DNA from: Candidatus Enterousia sp.
GTDB taxonomy: Bacteria > Pseudomonadota > Alphaproteobacteria > Rs-D84
Direction of reading: 5' to 3'
Assembly (NCBI GenBank): GCA_045654485.1
Contig: JAZONN010000016.1
Location: forward strand, 71,484 to 135,483
DNA length: 64,000 nt
The position numbers and the translations under genes were made by a program. The notes under the pieces were generated by a model. The model saw nothing but the letters and a program-made list of their open reading frames with translations, was not told the DNA's origin and searched no databases. This document shows positions 9,819 through 19,341 of this stretch, one piece after another; the first letter of the stretch is position 1, and every line of letters starts with the position of its first letter.

Positions 9819-11981
9819 ATGGTATTTGGTTTATTTAAGAAAGATGTAAAGTTAAACGACCCTGTGGTTGTTGAAATTCCATACGGCGATACAACATTGC
9901 GTTTGGAAACGGGTCGTATGGCTAAGCAGGCAAATGGTTCTGTTTTGGCGACAATGGGTGAAACGATGGTTTTGGCGACGGTTTGTGCGGAAAAATCCGC
10001 TGTCGAAGGCCAAGATTTCTTTCCTTTGACGGTTGATTATCAAGAAAAATTTGCATCTGCTGGTCGTATTCCTGGTTCGCGTGATAGACGTGAAGGCAAA
10101 GCGTCTACTGCAGAAACGTTAACTGCACGTTTGATTGACCGTCCAATCCGTCCTTTGTTCCCAGAAACATTTAAGAACAAAGTTCAAATTATTGCCCAAG
10201 TATTTTCATACGATAAAAAGAATCAACCTGACATTTTGTCTATGATTGCATCGTCTGCTGCTTTGGCATTGTCTGGTGTTCCTTTCCAAGGTCCAATTGG
10301 TGCGGCACGTGTTGGCTATATGGACGGCAAATATGTATTGAATCCATCTAAAAAAGCCGTTGAAGAATCCGAAATGGATTTGGTTGTTGCGGCGACCAAA
10401 GATGGTGTTTTGATGGTTGAATCCGAAATTGGTGAATTGGACGAAGCGACTGTATTGGGTGCGGTTAAATTTGGTTTTGATGCCCAACAGGCGGTTATCA
10501 ATGCGATTAACGAATTGGCGGCCAAGGCGGGTAAAGAACGCTGGGAAACACCTGAAAAGACATCAGAACAATTGGCGATGGAATCTGACTTTGTGCGTTT
10601 TGAATCAGAAATCGAATCTGCGTTGCAAATCAAAGAAAAATTGGTTCGCTTGGAAACTTTGGCGAATATTCACGCTGCGGCCAAGGCGCGTATCCCAGAA
10701 TTATTCCCTGAATCCGAACGTGCTGCATCTACATTGGAATCGTGGGCGGATGAAGTTGTTGAAAATATAACTGCACGTATTATGCGTGGCAACATTTTGG
10801 CGGGCAAACCACGTATTGACGGTCGTGACAATAAAACTGTTCGTCCGATTGAAATTGAATTGGGTGTATTGCCACGTGCACACGGTTCTGCATTGTTTAC
10901 CCGTGGTGAGACCCAGGCATTGGTAACATTGACATTGGGTGGTGGCAAAGACGCATTGCCAATTGAATCTTTGGATGGTTCCGAAGAACGTGATTTCATC
11001 TTGAACTATAATTTCCCTGGCTATTCCGTTGGTGAATGCAAGGGCTTGAAATCACCGGGGCGTCGTGAAATTGGTCACGGTAATTTGGCGTGGCGTGCGG
11101 TTCATCCAATGGTACCATCACGCAGTGAATTTGACTACGTAATCCGTATTGTTTCGGACATTTTGGAATCGAACGGTTCTTCGTCTATGGCGACCACATG
11201 TGGTGCGACATTGGCGATGATGGACGGTGGCGTTCCAATGAAACGTCCGGTTGCGGGTATTGCGATGGGCTTGATAAAAGAAGGTGACGATTACGCAATC
11301 TTGACCGACATTTTGGGCGACGAAGATCACTTGGGTGATATGGACTTCAAAGTGACTGGTACAGACCAAGGTGTAACTGCGTTGCAGATGGATATTAAAA
11401 TCACGTCTATTACTTTTGAAATTATGGAACGTGCATTGGCTCAGGCAAAAGATGGTCGTATGCACATCTTAGGCAAAATTGAAAAAGCAATCAAAAAGCC
11501 ACGTGAAAAAGTGTCCGAATATGCGCCTCAGGCATATATGATGAAAATCAATCCAGACAAAGTTCGTGAAGTTATCGGCAAAGGTGGTTCTGTGATTCAG
11601 GCCTTGGTCCGTGAAACAAACACGATTATTGATTTGGAAGATGATGGTACTGTAAAAATCATGGCGACAACCAAAGAAGATGCAGATGAAGCAATTCGTC
11701 GTATCAAAGACATCGTTGCCGAACCAGAAGTTGGTGAAATCTATAAAGGTACGGTGTCCGGTATGAAAGATTTCGGTCTGTTTGTAAAAATCATGAACGG
11801 ATTTGAAGCGTTGGTACATATTTCTGAAATCACCGGCGAACGCTTGGCAAAAATCGAAGATGCCAAAATCAAAGAAGGTGACACGGTATATGTTCGTTAC
11901 TTGGGTGCCGACAAACGTGGCAAAACGCGTATGTCAATGGTTGGTATCGACCAAAAGACAGGCGCAGAAATTAAAAAATAA
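9819..11981 (+). CDS. pnp: Polyribonucleotide nucleotidyltransferase
   Basis: LETGRMAKQANG, FFPLTVDYQEK, RREIGHG, SNGSSSMA, DHLGDMDFKV, KH and S1 domains. Start chosen from the GGAG RBS; the ORF extends to 9807. Confidence 0.98.
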   Translation: MVFGLFKKDVKLNDPVVVEIPYGDTTLRLETGRMAKQANGSVLATMGETMVLATVCAEKSAVEGQDFFPLTVDYQEKFASAGRIPGSRDRREGKASTAETLTARLIDRPIRPLFPETFKNKVQIIAQVFSYDKKNQPDILSMIASSAALALSGVPFQGPIGAARVGYMDGKYVLNPSKKAVEESEMDLVVAATKDGVLMVESEIGELDEATVLGAVKFGFDAQQAVINAINELAAKAGKERWETPEKTSEQLAMESDFVRFESEIESALQIKEKLVRLETLANIHAAAKARIPELFPESERAASTLESWADEVVENITARIMRGNILAGKPRIDGRDNKTVRPIEIELGVLPRAHGSALFTRGETQALVTLTLGGGKDALPIESLDGSEERDFILNYNFPGYSVGECKGLKSPGRREIGHGNLAWRAVHPMVPSRSEFDYVIRIVSDILESNGSSSMATTCGATLAMMDGGVPMKRPVAGIAMGLIKEGDDYAILTDILGDEDHLGDMDFKVTGTDQGVTALQMDIKITSITFEIMERALAQAKDGRMHILGKIEKAIKKPREKVSEYAPQAYMMKINPDKVREVIGKGGSVIQALVRETNTIIDLEDDGTVKIMATTKEDADEAIRRIKDIVAEPEVGEIYKGTVSGMKDFGLFVKIMNGFEALVHISEITGERLAKIEDAKIKEGDTVYVRYLGADKRGKTRMSMVGIDQKTGAEIKK

Positions 11982-11990
11982 GGTCTGTTT

Positions 11991-12359
11991 ATGAAGCCAG
12001 AACAATTAAGTTGGACGGATAAACAGTGGGCGGCGCACCTGGGGTGTGTCGTCCAAGACGTTCCAAAGTTCAAACATTATTTAGAGCATAATTTTTGGTT
12101 GGGAATCTGGGAAGAACGCGGTACGAAATTGAAATATGCGGAAATTCAGATGCGTCATGACACGCCATCTGGCAATGTTCGTTATGTGCCAATGGCAACA
12201 TCGCATGGGTTTAATATATCGTTGGCTGATATGGTTGAATATACAAATAACGAATTTATCCCATCATTGGAATTAAAACCCGCCGTTGCAGGTTTGCGTG
12301 GTGTTCCGCCAAAAATTTTGCAAATGTTGCACATTGAACAAAACAAAAAAGAGAGATAA
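11991..12359 (+). CDS. Hypothetical protein, 122 aa
   Basis: ORF tightly packed between pnp and ybaB with an AAGG RBS; no family recognised. Confidence 0.75.
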   Translation: MKPEQLSWTDKQWAAHLGCVVQDVPKFKHYLEHNFWLGIWEERGTKLKYAEIQMRHDTPSGNVRYVPMATSHGFNISLADMVEYTNNEFIPSLELKPAVAGLRGVPPKILQMLHIEQNKKER

Positions 12360-12362
12360 AAA

Positions 12363-12659
12363 ATGGATATGGAATCATTAATGGCCCAAGCGGCTGAATT
12401 GCAAAACAAAGTTGCTGTCGCCCAAGAACAATTGGGTAATACGGTTGTCAAAGGCATTTCCGGTAACGGCGAATGTATTGTTGATTTGTCGGGTAAATAT
12501 GATTTGTTGAAATTGGTAATAAATCCTGATGTTTTGGCACGTGGTGCGGATGCGGTGGCTGCTGCGGTTATGGCGGCGTATGGTGATGCCAAATCCAAGG
12601 CGGACAGCATTATCGACCGTGTAATGGGGGCGGCGACTGCGGGTGTTTCGTTGCCGTAA
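12363..12659 (+). CDS. ybaB: YbaB/EbfC nucleoid-associated protein
   Basis: LMAQAAELQNKV..AQEQL..TVVKGISGNG...I.L.G...L..L.I.P pattern. Confidence 0.9.
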   Translation: MDMESLMAQAAELQNKVAVAQEQLGNTVVKGISGNGECIVDLSGKYDLLKLVINPDVLARGADAVAAAVMAAYGDAKSKADSIIDRVMGAATAGVSLP

Positions 12660-12675
12660 TTTTTCATAAACTATG

Positions 12676-12704
12676 AACGCCGACCAGACGGTCGGTGTTT
12701 TTTT
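12676..12704 (+). terminator. Intrinsic terminator
   Basis: AACGCCGACC-agac-GGTCGGTGTT followed by a T tract. Confidence 0.8.
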
Positions 12705-12782
12705 ATTGTCTTTAAATGTTTTTTTGCTTTCCACGACGTAGGTTTTATGTTAAAATAAATATAAAAAATATGGAGTTAGGGG

Positions 12783-15700
12783 ATGTCATTCTTCAAAAAT
12801 ACTGCAAGCTTATTGGCAATAATGTGCGTAATTCCTGCGGCGCATGCGGCGACCGCCCGCCCAAGTGTACTGGCGACTGCGACTGGTGTATCTGCATCTG
12901 GCAGTGTTCGTCGTATGCCTACAATGACGGCAGTTATTAAAAATTCAACGACGACGACATCGGCTTCGACGGGTTCGACATTGTTGAACAATTCGGAATG
13001 TATCGATGCGTATTCTGCCTGTATCAAGGGTGCGGATGCATGTGGTCAAAACTTTGAAGAATGCACGAACAAGGTTTTGTTTCATGCCCAAATGCCCGAA
13101 TGTTTGTCCACTTTGGCGCAATGTAGTGCATCCGGCATAACCGATTTGTTTGGGACATCGACTGTGTCTGCATTGGCATCTGGTGCAACAACAAATTCTT
13201 ATGGCGAAGTGACCGATTATATGTACCCATTGGACGGCAGCGTAATGGGGCAAATGATTAATGCGGCGGCAATTGCAAATAAATATGATACCCAAACCTG
13301 TGTAAAACGTTATTCAAGTTGTCTGCGCAAGGATAGTGTATGTGGCGAAGATTTCGAATTATGTACCACACCAAATGAATTTAAGAAGCAGGCCGTATTC
13401 TGTGCGTCAACATTGGCACGTTGTCAAAGTGCCGGCTTGACCGAATTGTTTGGTTCTGCGACTGCGAACGCAACCCCAACTGCAACAAGTCGTATTGGCA
13501 TGATGATAGAAGAGGGTGCGGCGTTGGCGGCCGTAAATGCGGTGTCCACATGTTATAAAGTGGCCGATCAATGTATGTTGAACGCATGTGCGGAAAATCC
13601 ATATATGTGTTTTGAATCGGCAACTGCATCCGAACAAGCGATTGCAAAAAGTGTTGTTGCCGGAACTGTTCCTGAAACGGGTGATATGATTGATGTGTCG
13701 CCATCTCAAAAAAGTGCGGTTCGCAAACATATCCGTGGATACTGTGCAGAAACAATCGGAACAAACAAATATTGTTTTGCGACATTCTTAACAAATGGTC
13801 TGATGCCATCATCATCACAGCTGCTGGACGAAGATAATCAAGAGTCCGTATTTGATATGGCGTACGATGCACGTATGAATTCGGCCATGAAATCCAAAGT
13901 TCAAGATATGATTAATGATTTTGACGAACGTGCAAAATCAAAATGTGTTGCAACGTTTAAATCTTGCGCAATGCGTTCTTGTGGTGATGGTTCAGGTGCG
14001 GCGTGTTATTCGTTGGTATTTGGTCATCAAACCGACAAATCAATTAATAATGAAAATGCATATGCACAAATTAAAAATGGCTGTGCAGCAATTGTAAATA
14101 CGGATGCAAACTGTGTTTATGCGGCACAACACGCAAATGCGGCCGGTTTGTATAATTATCAATTCTCGAAACAAGATGCATTTGCAACATTGTTCCCTGA
14201 ATATGATGGTGGTGCGGAATCCGATCCGTTAAGCATTGTTGCCGAATTGAACGCAACGTTATCATCGTCGTATAACGAAGCGGCGGTTGCACAAATGCGT
14301 AAACAATGTCAATCTGTTGCGACGGGCTGTGTAAAATCAATGTGTGGTACAGATTACGAAAATTGTTATCGTCGTCGTTCGGATATATTCTCGTCTTTGA
14401 CAAATACAAACGATGCTGCGTTCAACAAATCTATGAACAAAGTAAACGGCGTATTGGATTACACAATCATTTTGGGTATGTGTGTTGATACGGTGAAAAA
14501 TTCCGATGCATGTACAGAACACTTGGCGATAGAGGCCGCAAAATTAAAAATTGCGGATGAAATGGATAAATCCGTATGGGGTGGTTCTTCGTCTGCACGT
14601 GGTGCATGGATTGATGCGGGCGCGGGTATCCATATGGAATCTGTAACCGAAGAAACAGATGTTCAACAGACAGATGACCAAGGCAACAAATTATGCACAG
14701 ACAATTGTGGTTCAATTGGCGTATGTGGGTCAATGTCAACCAAAGAATGTGGTGCGCATGATACACCTGCGATGATTTCATACACATCATATGTCCAATC
14801 CCAAGCGGCCAATTCATTATTCAAAGATTTAATTTATGATTTGGAAATCGAAGCCCAGGCCGCATATAACGCCAAATTGACATATCAAATGAACCAATGC
14901 ATGAACGAAAATGCAACCGGCGGTATTGTTGGTAATCGTGATATGGGCGGTTCGTATGCATGGGTTAAATTACGGGGCAATAAAATCCCAGATGATTACA
15001 ATGTAAATGGTATCCAATCGGGTCAAATGGTGGCAAGTAATGATTTGTACAATTCGTTCTGTCGTGTACGTGTAACATTGCAATCGTCCGACAAAGCGAT
15101 TCAAGATGCGTTAACGGGTACAAATTCAACGGCATACTTTGCGGTTGGTGACGGATTTACATGTGGATCATGGTTGTCAACGGATGTGTTGACTACATTG
15201 GCAAATGCCGCCGCCAAAGATGCGGTCAAAGACATGGAAAAACGCCAAAAATCCACACGTATTATCACGACGATCTTGGGCGGAATCGCAACCACAACCG
15301 GCGGCGGATTCTTGGGTCAAAAATTGGCCGAAGATGGTCTTGATGATTGGAATTCAAATAGAAAAGAAAAGTTGGCTGATAAAGTTGACGATGATATTGA
15401 TATTGTTATCAACTTTAACCGCTGGAATAAAGACAAAGCAGACGATGTATTAGACATTTTGGAAGACAGCAAGAAAGCATCTTATTTCAAAGATTGCGAC
15501 ACAGATAAGTTAATAGAACTGCTAAAAATCGCCTTAAAGTCAGATGTCACAGTAGATGGTGATACAGATGGTGATTGTGTGTATCTAAACAACAATGGTG
15601 GCAATTTGCAATGCGTAACTGAAGGGGAAAAGACAGCTGCTACAGCAGAACAACTTATCAAAAAGGCTCAAGACCTTGCGGTAAAGGAAGCGAAAACATG

Positions 15701-15977
15701 TGAAAGAAAAGAAGGTGCCGAAGCTGAAGAGAAAGATAAAAAAAATAACGGCTGGACCAAGGGCGGTGGCGCAACATTGGGTGCGGTTGGTCTTGGGGTG
15801 GTTGGTACCGGTGCGATATATCATATCACCAAAGCGGCACAAGATGCCAAATTAACCGAAGCTGAACAGGCCGCCTATGACGAATTCATGGAATCCGTTG
15901 GATCGAAAATCAGATGTGTTGTTGGTCATGAAGAGATCGCATCCTTTGGTCAATTCGTACCAATGTACAATGAATAA
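12783..15977 (+). CDS. Large secreted Cys-rich protein (1064 aa) with internal Cys repeats and two C-terminal Gly-rich hydrophobic segments
   Basis: Signal peptide (..IPAAHA), S/T/A-rich linker, repeated C-x3-Y-x2-C...CG..F..C...TLA.C...G.T.LFG module, Gly-rich segments ILGGIATTTGGGFLG and GGGATLGAVGLGVVGTG. Confidence 0.85.
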   Translation: MSFFKNTASLLAIMCVIPAAHAATARPSVLATATGVSASGSVRRMPTMTAVIKNSTTTTSASTGSTLLNNSECIDAYSACIKGADACGQNFEECTNKVLFHAQMPECLSTLAQCSASGITDLFGTSTVSALASGATTNSYGEVTDYMYPLDGSVMGQMINAAAIANKYDTQTCVKRYSSCLRKDSVCGEDFELCTTPNEFKKQAVFCASTLARCQSAGLTELFGSATANATPTATSRIGMMIEEGAALAAVNAVSTCYKVADQCMLNACAENPYMCFESATASEQAIAKSVVAGTVPETGDMIDVSPSQKSAVRKHIRGYCAETIGTNKYCFATFLTNGLMPSSSQLLDEDNQESVFDMAYDARMNSAMKSKVQDMINDFDERAKSKCVATFKSCAMRSCGDGSGAACYSLVFGHQTDKSINNENAYAQIKNGCAAIVNTDANCVYAAQHANAAGLYNYQFSKQDAFATLFPEYDGGAESDPLSIVAELNATLSSSYNEAAVAQMRKQCQSVATGCVKSMCGTDYENCYRRRSDIFSSLTNTNDAAFNKSMNKVNGVLDYTIILGMCVDTVKNSDACTEHLAIEAAKLKIADEMDKSVWGGSSSARGAWIDAGAGIHMESVTEETDVQQTDDQGNKLCTDNCGSIGVCGSMSTKECGAHDTPAMISYTSYVQSQAANSLFKDLIYDLEIEAQAAYNAKLTYQMNQCMNENATGGIVGNRDMGGSYAWVKLRGNKIPDDYNVNGIQSGQMVASNDLYNSFCRVRVTLQSSDKAIQDALTGTNSTAYFAVGDGFTCGSWLSTDVLTTLANAAAKDAVKDMEKRQKSTRIITTILGGIATTTGGGFLGQKLAEDGLDDWNSNRKEKLADKVDDDIDIVINFNRWNKDKADDVLDILEDSKKASYFKDCDTDKLIELLKIALKSDVTVDGDTDGDCVYLNNNGGNLQCVTEGEKTAATAEQLIKKAQDLAVKEAKTCERKEGAEAEEKDKKNNGWTKGGGATLGAVGLGVVGTGAIYHITKAAQDAKLTEAEQAAYDEFMESVGSKIRCVVGHEEIASFGQFVPMYNE

Positions 15978-15997
15978 AACCTATACCTTTGGTATCC

Positions 15998-16028
15998 AAA
16001 ATCCCCCCACACGTGGGGGATTTTTTTT
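15998..16028 (+). terminator. Intrinsic terminator
   Basis: AAAATCCCCC-cacacgt-GGGGGATTTTTTTT. Confidence 0.85.
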
Positions 16029-16058
16029 GTCCCCAAATGTCCTGTTTTTATTCTTTTC

Positions 16059-16090
16059 TGTCATCCCGTGGCTTGACCACGGGACCCAGA
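16059..16090 (+). repeat. REP-like palindrome of the CGTC/TGTC-tagged type, with a truncated second copy at 16128-16137
   Basis: TGTCATCCCGTGG-cttga-CCACGGGACCCAGA; the head CTGTCATCCC recurs 70 nt downstream. Confidence 0.6.
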
Positions 16091-16201
16091 TACCACCTTT
16101 TTTTAACCCGATTTATCTGTTGGGGCGCTGTCATCCCAATGTTTCTTATTCGACTATATAATATCCTTATAAAACGTGGGCAATCACTTGGCTGATATAC
16201 C

Positions 16202-16230
16202 TTGAAAACCGCAAAGTTATATTTTATACT
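16202..16230 (+). promoter_or_regulatory. Putative sigma70 promoter of the lptF-lptD-surA-rlmN operon
   Basis: TTGAAA-17 nt-TATACT. Confidence 0.55.
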
Positions 16231-16239
16231 GCATACGAT

Positions 16240-17298
16240 ATGAAAATTTTAAACCGATATTTTGCGCGCCAATTAATTGCGATATTTATTATGCTAATGC
16301 TGGTTTTGACCGGATTGGCATGGATGATGCAAATTATGTCTATGATGAAATTTTTGCTAAAGTACGGTATAAATATTGGTGATTTCTTGGGACTAACCGC
16401 ATTAATGATTCCGTTTATTGCATCAATTATTGTGCCGTTTGTATGCTTTATTGCGGTAATGTTTGTTTACAACAAAATGATATCTGATAACGAAGTCACG
16501 GTTATGGCTGCGTCTGGTATGTCACCGTGGCAAATTGCACGACCGGCCGTTCGTTTGGGGGTGGTGTTAACGTTGTTAAATTTGCTGTTAAACATTTGGA
16601 TTGTGCCAATTAGTCAAAGCACATTCTATGACACGCAATGGAATCTGCAATATGGTATGGCCCATATGAAATTGCAAGAAAGTGCCTTTACCGAAATCGC
16701 AGATGGTTTGGTTGTTTATGTTGACAAGGTTTCTGGTCATGATTTGGGCCAAGTTATGTTGTCAGACCGTCGTGAAGGTTCCGCCACAAACACAATCTTT
16801 GCCGAAAAAGGAAAATTGGTATCGACTGTGCGTGGACTGTCTTTGGTTATGACAAATGGTTCGTTGCAATCAAGTGGTAATCACATGATAACCGGCACAT
16901 TTGACAAATTTGATATGGATTTAAATGTTGTAGAAAAGAGTGGTTCTTCGTCTTTCCGTGTTCGTCGTATTCCAACATCTCAATTGGTGCGTGTTGTATT
17001 TGATGCCGAAACCAAGAAACAACATAAAATGATTTTAACCGAATTGTGTAATCGTTTTATTAGTCCGCTTATGAATTTATTGTTGGCTATGCTGTGTGCA
17101 ACGATTTTATTGCGTTCGTCCTTGTTGCGTCGACGTGCCAGTTTTGCACCAATCGCATCCGTTGCGGCAATGGCAGGAACAATGGCATTGTATATGGCGG
17201 CAACCAATATGATTTCAAGTTTGACCGACTTTGTAATATTATCGATTGTGGTCTTGGTAATTGTGGGGGGCGTATTTATCGCATTGGTTCGCAAATGA
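16240..17298 (+). CDS. lptF: LPS export permease, LptF/LptG family
   Basis: ILNRY.ARQL, DNEVTVMAASGMSPWQIARP, 3+3 TM layout around a periplasmic domain; directly upstream of lptD. Confidence 0.85.
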   Translation: MKILNRYFARQLIAIFIMLMLVLTGLAWMMQIMSMMKFLLKYGINIGDFLGLTALMIPFIASIIVPFVCFIAVMFVYNKMISDNEVTVMAASGMSPWQIARPAVRLGVVLTLLNLLLNIWIVPISQSTFYDTQWNLQYGMAHMKLQESAFTEIADGLVVYVDKVSGHDLGQVMLSDRREGSATNTIFAEKGKLVSTVRGLSLVMTNGSLQSSGNHMITGTFDKFDMDLNVVEKSGSSSFRVRRIPTSQLVRVVFDAETKKQHKMILTELCNRFISPLMNLLLAMLCATILLRSSLLRRRASFAPIASVAAMAGTMALYMAATNMISSLTDFVILSIVVLVIVGGVFIALVRK

Positions 17299-19316
17299 AG
17301 AAAATAACTATATCTTTGTTTGGTTATTTTGCGTGTATGTCTGCATATGCGATATCAATTAATGCCGATGAACCACGTACAATTGTCGCCGACCGTATTG
17401 AATATGATTTTAAAGCAGAAACAATAAAAACATCTGGTAATACAGAAATTGTTAATAAATCGGGGCAAAGAATGACTTTGACTGATTCGTACATAACCCA
17501 ATCTGGTGCAGAATTATCGGGTACAGATATAAAATTATGGTTGGGTGATCATGTTTATGTGGAATCCGAAAATATAACACGTCGTGGCGATTTAACAATT
17601 GCACGCAATGCGACATTTACCGCATGTGATGATTGCGATGCATACGGTGATGCTTGGGAAATATCAACGTATAAAATTATACACGATATGGATACACGTA
17701 TGTTGGAATTTTATAGTCCTGTATTACGTACATATGATATTCCCATTCTATGGTGGCCATACTTTGAAATGCCGGACCCTGGTGTTAAATACAAAACTGG
17801 TTTTTTGATGCCAGATTTTGAATCGACAAATAAAATGGGAACGCAAATTAACGTACCGTTTTATATTTCTATATCAGATACGCACGATATGACGGTGACG
17901 TTATCGTATTTGACCCAAGAAAACCCAATGTTTCAATTGGAACACCGCTTAAACGCAATGTATTCGGAATATAGAACATCTGGTTCTTTTACCCACAATA
18001 AAGCGGGTGAAAATCGTTGGCATATCTTTAACGATGATGTGATTGAATTGGGTGACAATGCACGTGCCACAATTTTCTTGGAACGTACATCTGATAAAAC
18101 TTATTTGCAGAAATACGGATTTTATGGCGATCAACCTTATTTGGATTCTGGTGCGACGTTGGAATTGTTTGGCCAAAGTAGTTACGTTGTTGCCGATACC
18201 CACATATTCCAAGAACTGCGTAATGGCGAATATGGGTCGAATCGATATACCGCACCCGACGGTAATATCTTACCAAATATTCGTGCTGTACATCAAACCG
18301 CACCTTTGTTTGGTGAAACCTATGCTACATTTGGTGCGGATGTATTGGGAATATCCGGTGACGGCAGCGCTTCACAACGTTTAATCGGTGATGCGCGTTT
18401 GACGACACCTTGGACATTGTGGGGTGGCAATCGCATAACGGCCAGTGTTTCCGCAAGATATGATTTGTACCATTTCGATAATACCATTATGTTGGACAAG
18501 AATGCTTATTCTGGTTTTAAAAATAGGTTTTTGCCAAGTGGTTATATCGAATGGGGCTTGCCAATGTTTCGTGCATCTGAAAAATGGACACAAACGATTG
18601 AGCCACGTGCACGCTTTACGATGATGCGTCATTTGGATGAAGAATCTTTTGCGTTAAGCAATGATTCCGCCGGAACAATTTTAACGGATTCGACATTGTT
18701 TTCTAACAACCGTTTTTCTGGCTTGGATTTATGGGAAAACGGTACGTATGCAGATTATGGTGTTCGTTGGTCGGCGTTTAATCCAACCGGCCATATGGTC
18801 GAAGTGTTCTTGGGACAATCGTACGATTTTACAGACCGGCCAAATATTGATTTGAATAGTGGTTTTCACAATGGTTTGTCCGACTATGTTGGTCGCATTG
18901 GCTATACCAATCCAGATTGGTTTAATTTGGCAACAAGGTTTAGATTAAACCAAGACACCTTGGCATTGCATCATATGGAAACGACCGCCAATATCGGTAC
19001 ATCAAAAAATTTCTTGAACGTCGGTCATATATGGTCCCGTAACCTAAGTGATGATTGGACCGAAAATACAGATATTAACGAAGCGGTCATTGGTGCTGGG
19101 GTTCAATTGACAAATCGTTGGTCTATGCGCTGGGATGCGATTTATAATATGGAGGTTCGTCAATTCCAACGTCACACAGGTGGATTTTTCTATACCCATC
19201 CGTGTTATTATTTATCTGTGGAATACCGTCGTGATAATGCAATAAAAGAGGACTATGTCGGCACAACCACATTCCAATTCCGATTTGGTATGGCAATAAA
19301 TGGCCAACAATATTAA
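17295..19316 (+). CDS. lptD: LPS-assembly protein LptD
   Basis: Signal peptide, ADRIEYD, ATFTACDDC...WEI, GFLMPD, C-terminal beta-barrel with HPCY; ATGA overlap with the upstream gene. Confidence 0.92.
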   Translation: MKKITISLFGYFACMSAYAISINADEPRTIVADRIEYDFKAETIKTSGNTEIVNKSGQRMTLTDSYITQSGAELSGTDIKLWLGDHVYVESENITRRGDLTIARNATFTACDDCDAYGDAWEISTYKIIHDMDTRMLEFYSPVLRTYDIPILWWPYFEMPDPGVKYKTGFLMPDFESTNKMGTQINVPFYISISDTHDMTVTLSYLTQENPMFQLEHRLNAMYSEYRTSGSFTHNKAGENRWHIFNDDVIELGDNARATIFLERTSDKTYLQKYGFYGDQPYLDSGATLELFGQSSYVVADTHIFQELRNGEYGSNRYTAPDGNILPNIRAVHQTAPLFGETYATFGADVLGISGDGSASQRLIGDARLTTPWTLWGGNRITASVSARYDLYHFDNTIMLDKNAYSGFKNRFLPSGYIEWGLPMFRASEKWTQTIEPRARFTMMRHLDEESFALSNDSAGTILTDSTLFSNNRFSGLDLWENGTYADYGVRWSAFNPTGHMVEVFLGQSYDFTDRPNIDLNSGFHNGLSDYVGRIGYTNPDWFNLATRFRLNQDTLALHHMETTANIGTSKNFLNVGHIWSRNLSDDWTENTDINEAVIGAGVQLTNRWSMRWDAIYNMEVRQFQRHTGGFFYTHPCYYLSVEYRRDNAIKEDYVGTTTFQFRFGMAINGQQY

Positions 19317-19341
19317 AGGTTGTATAACAAAGGGGGAAATA

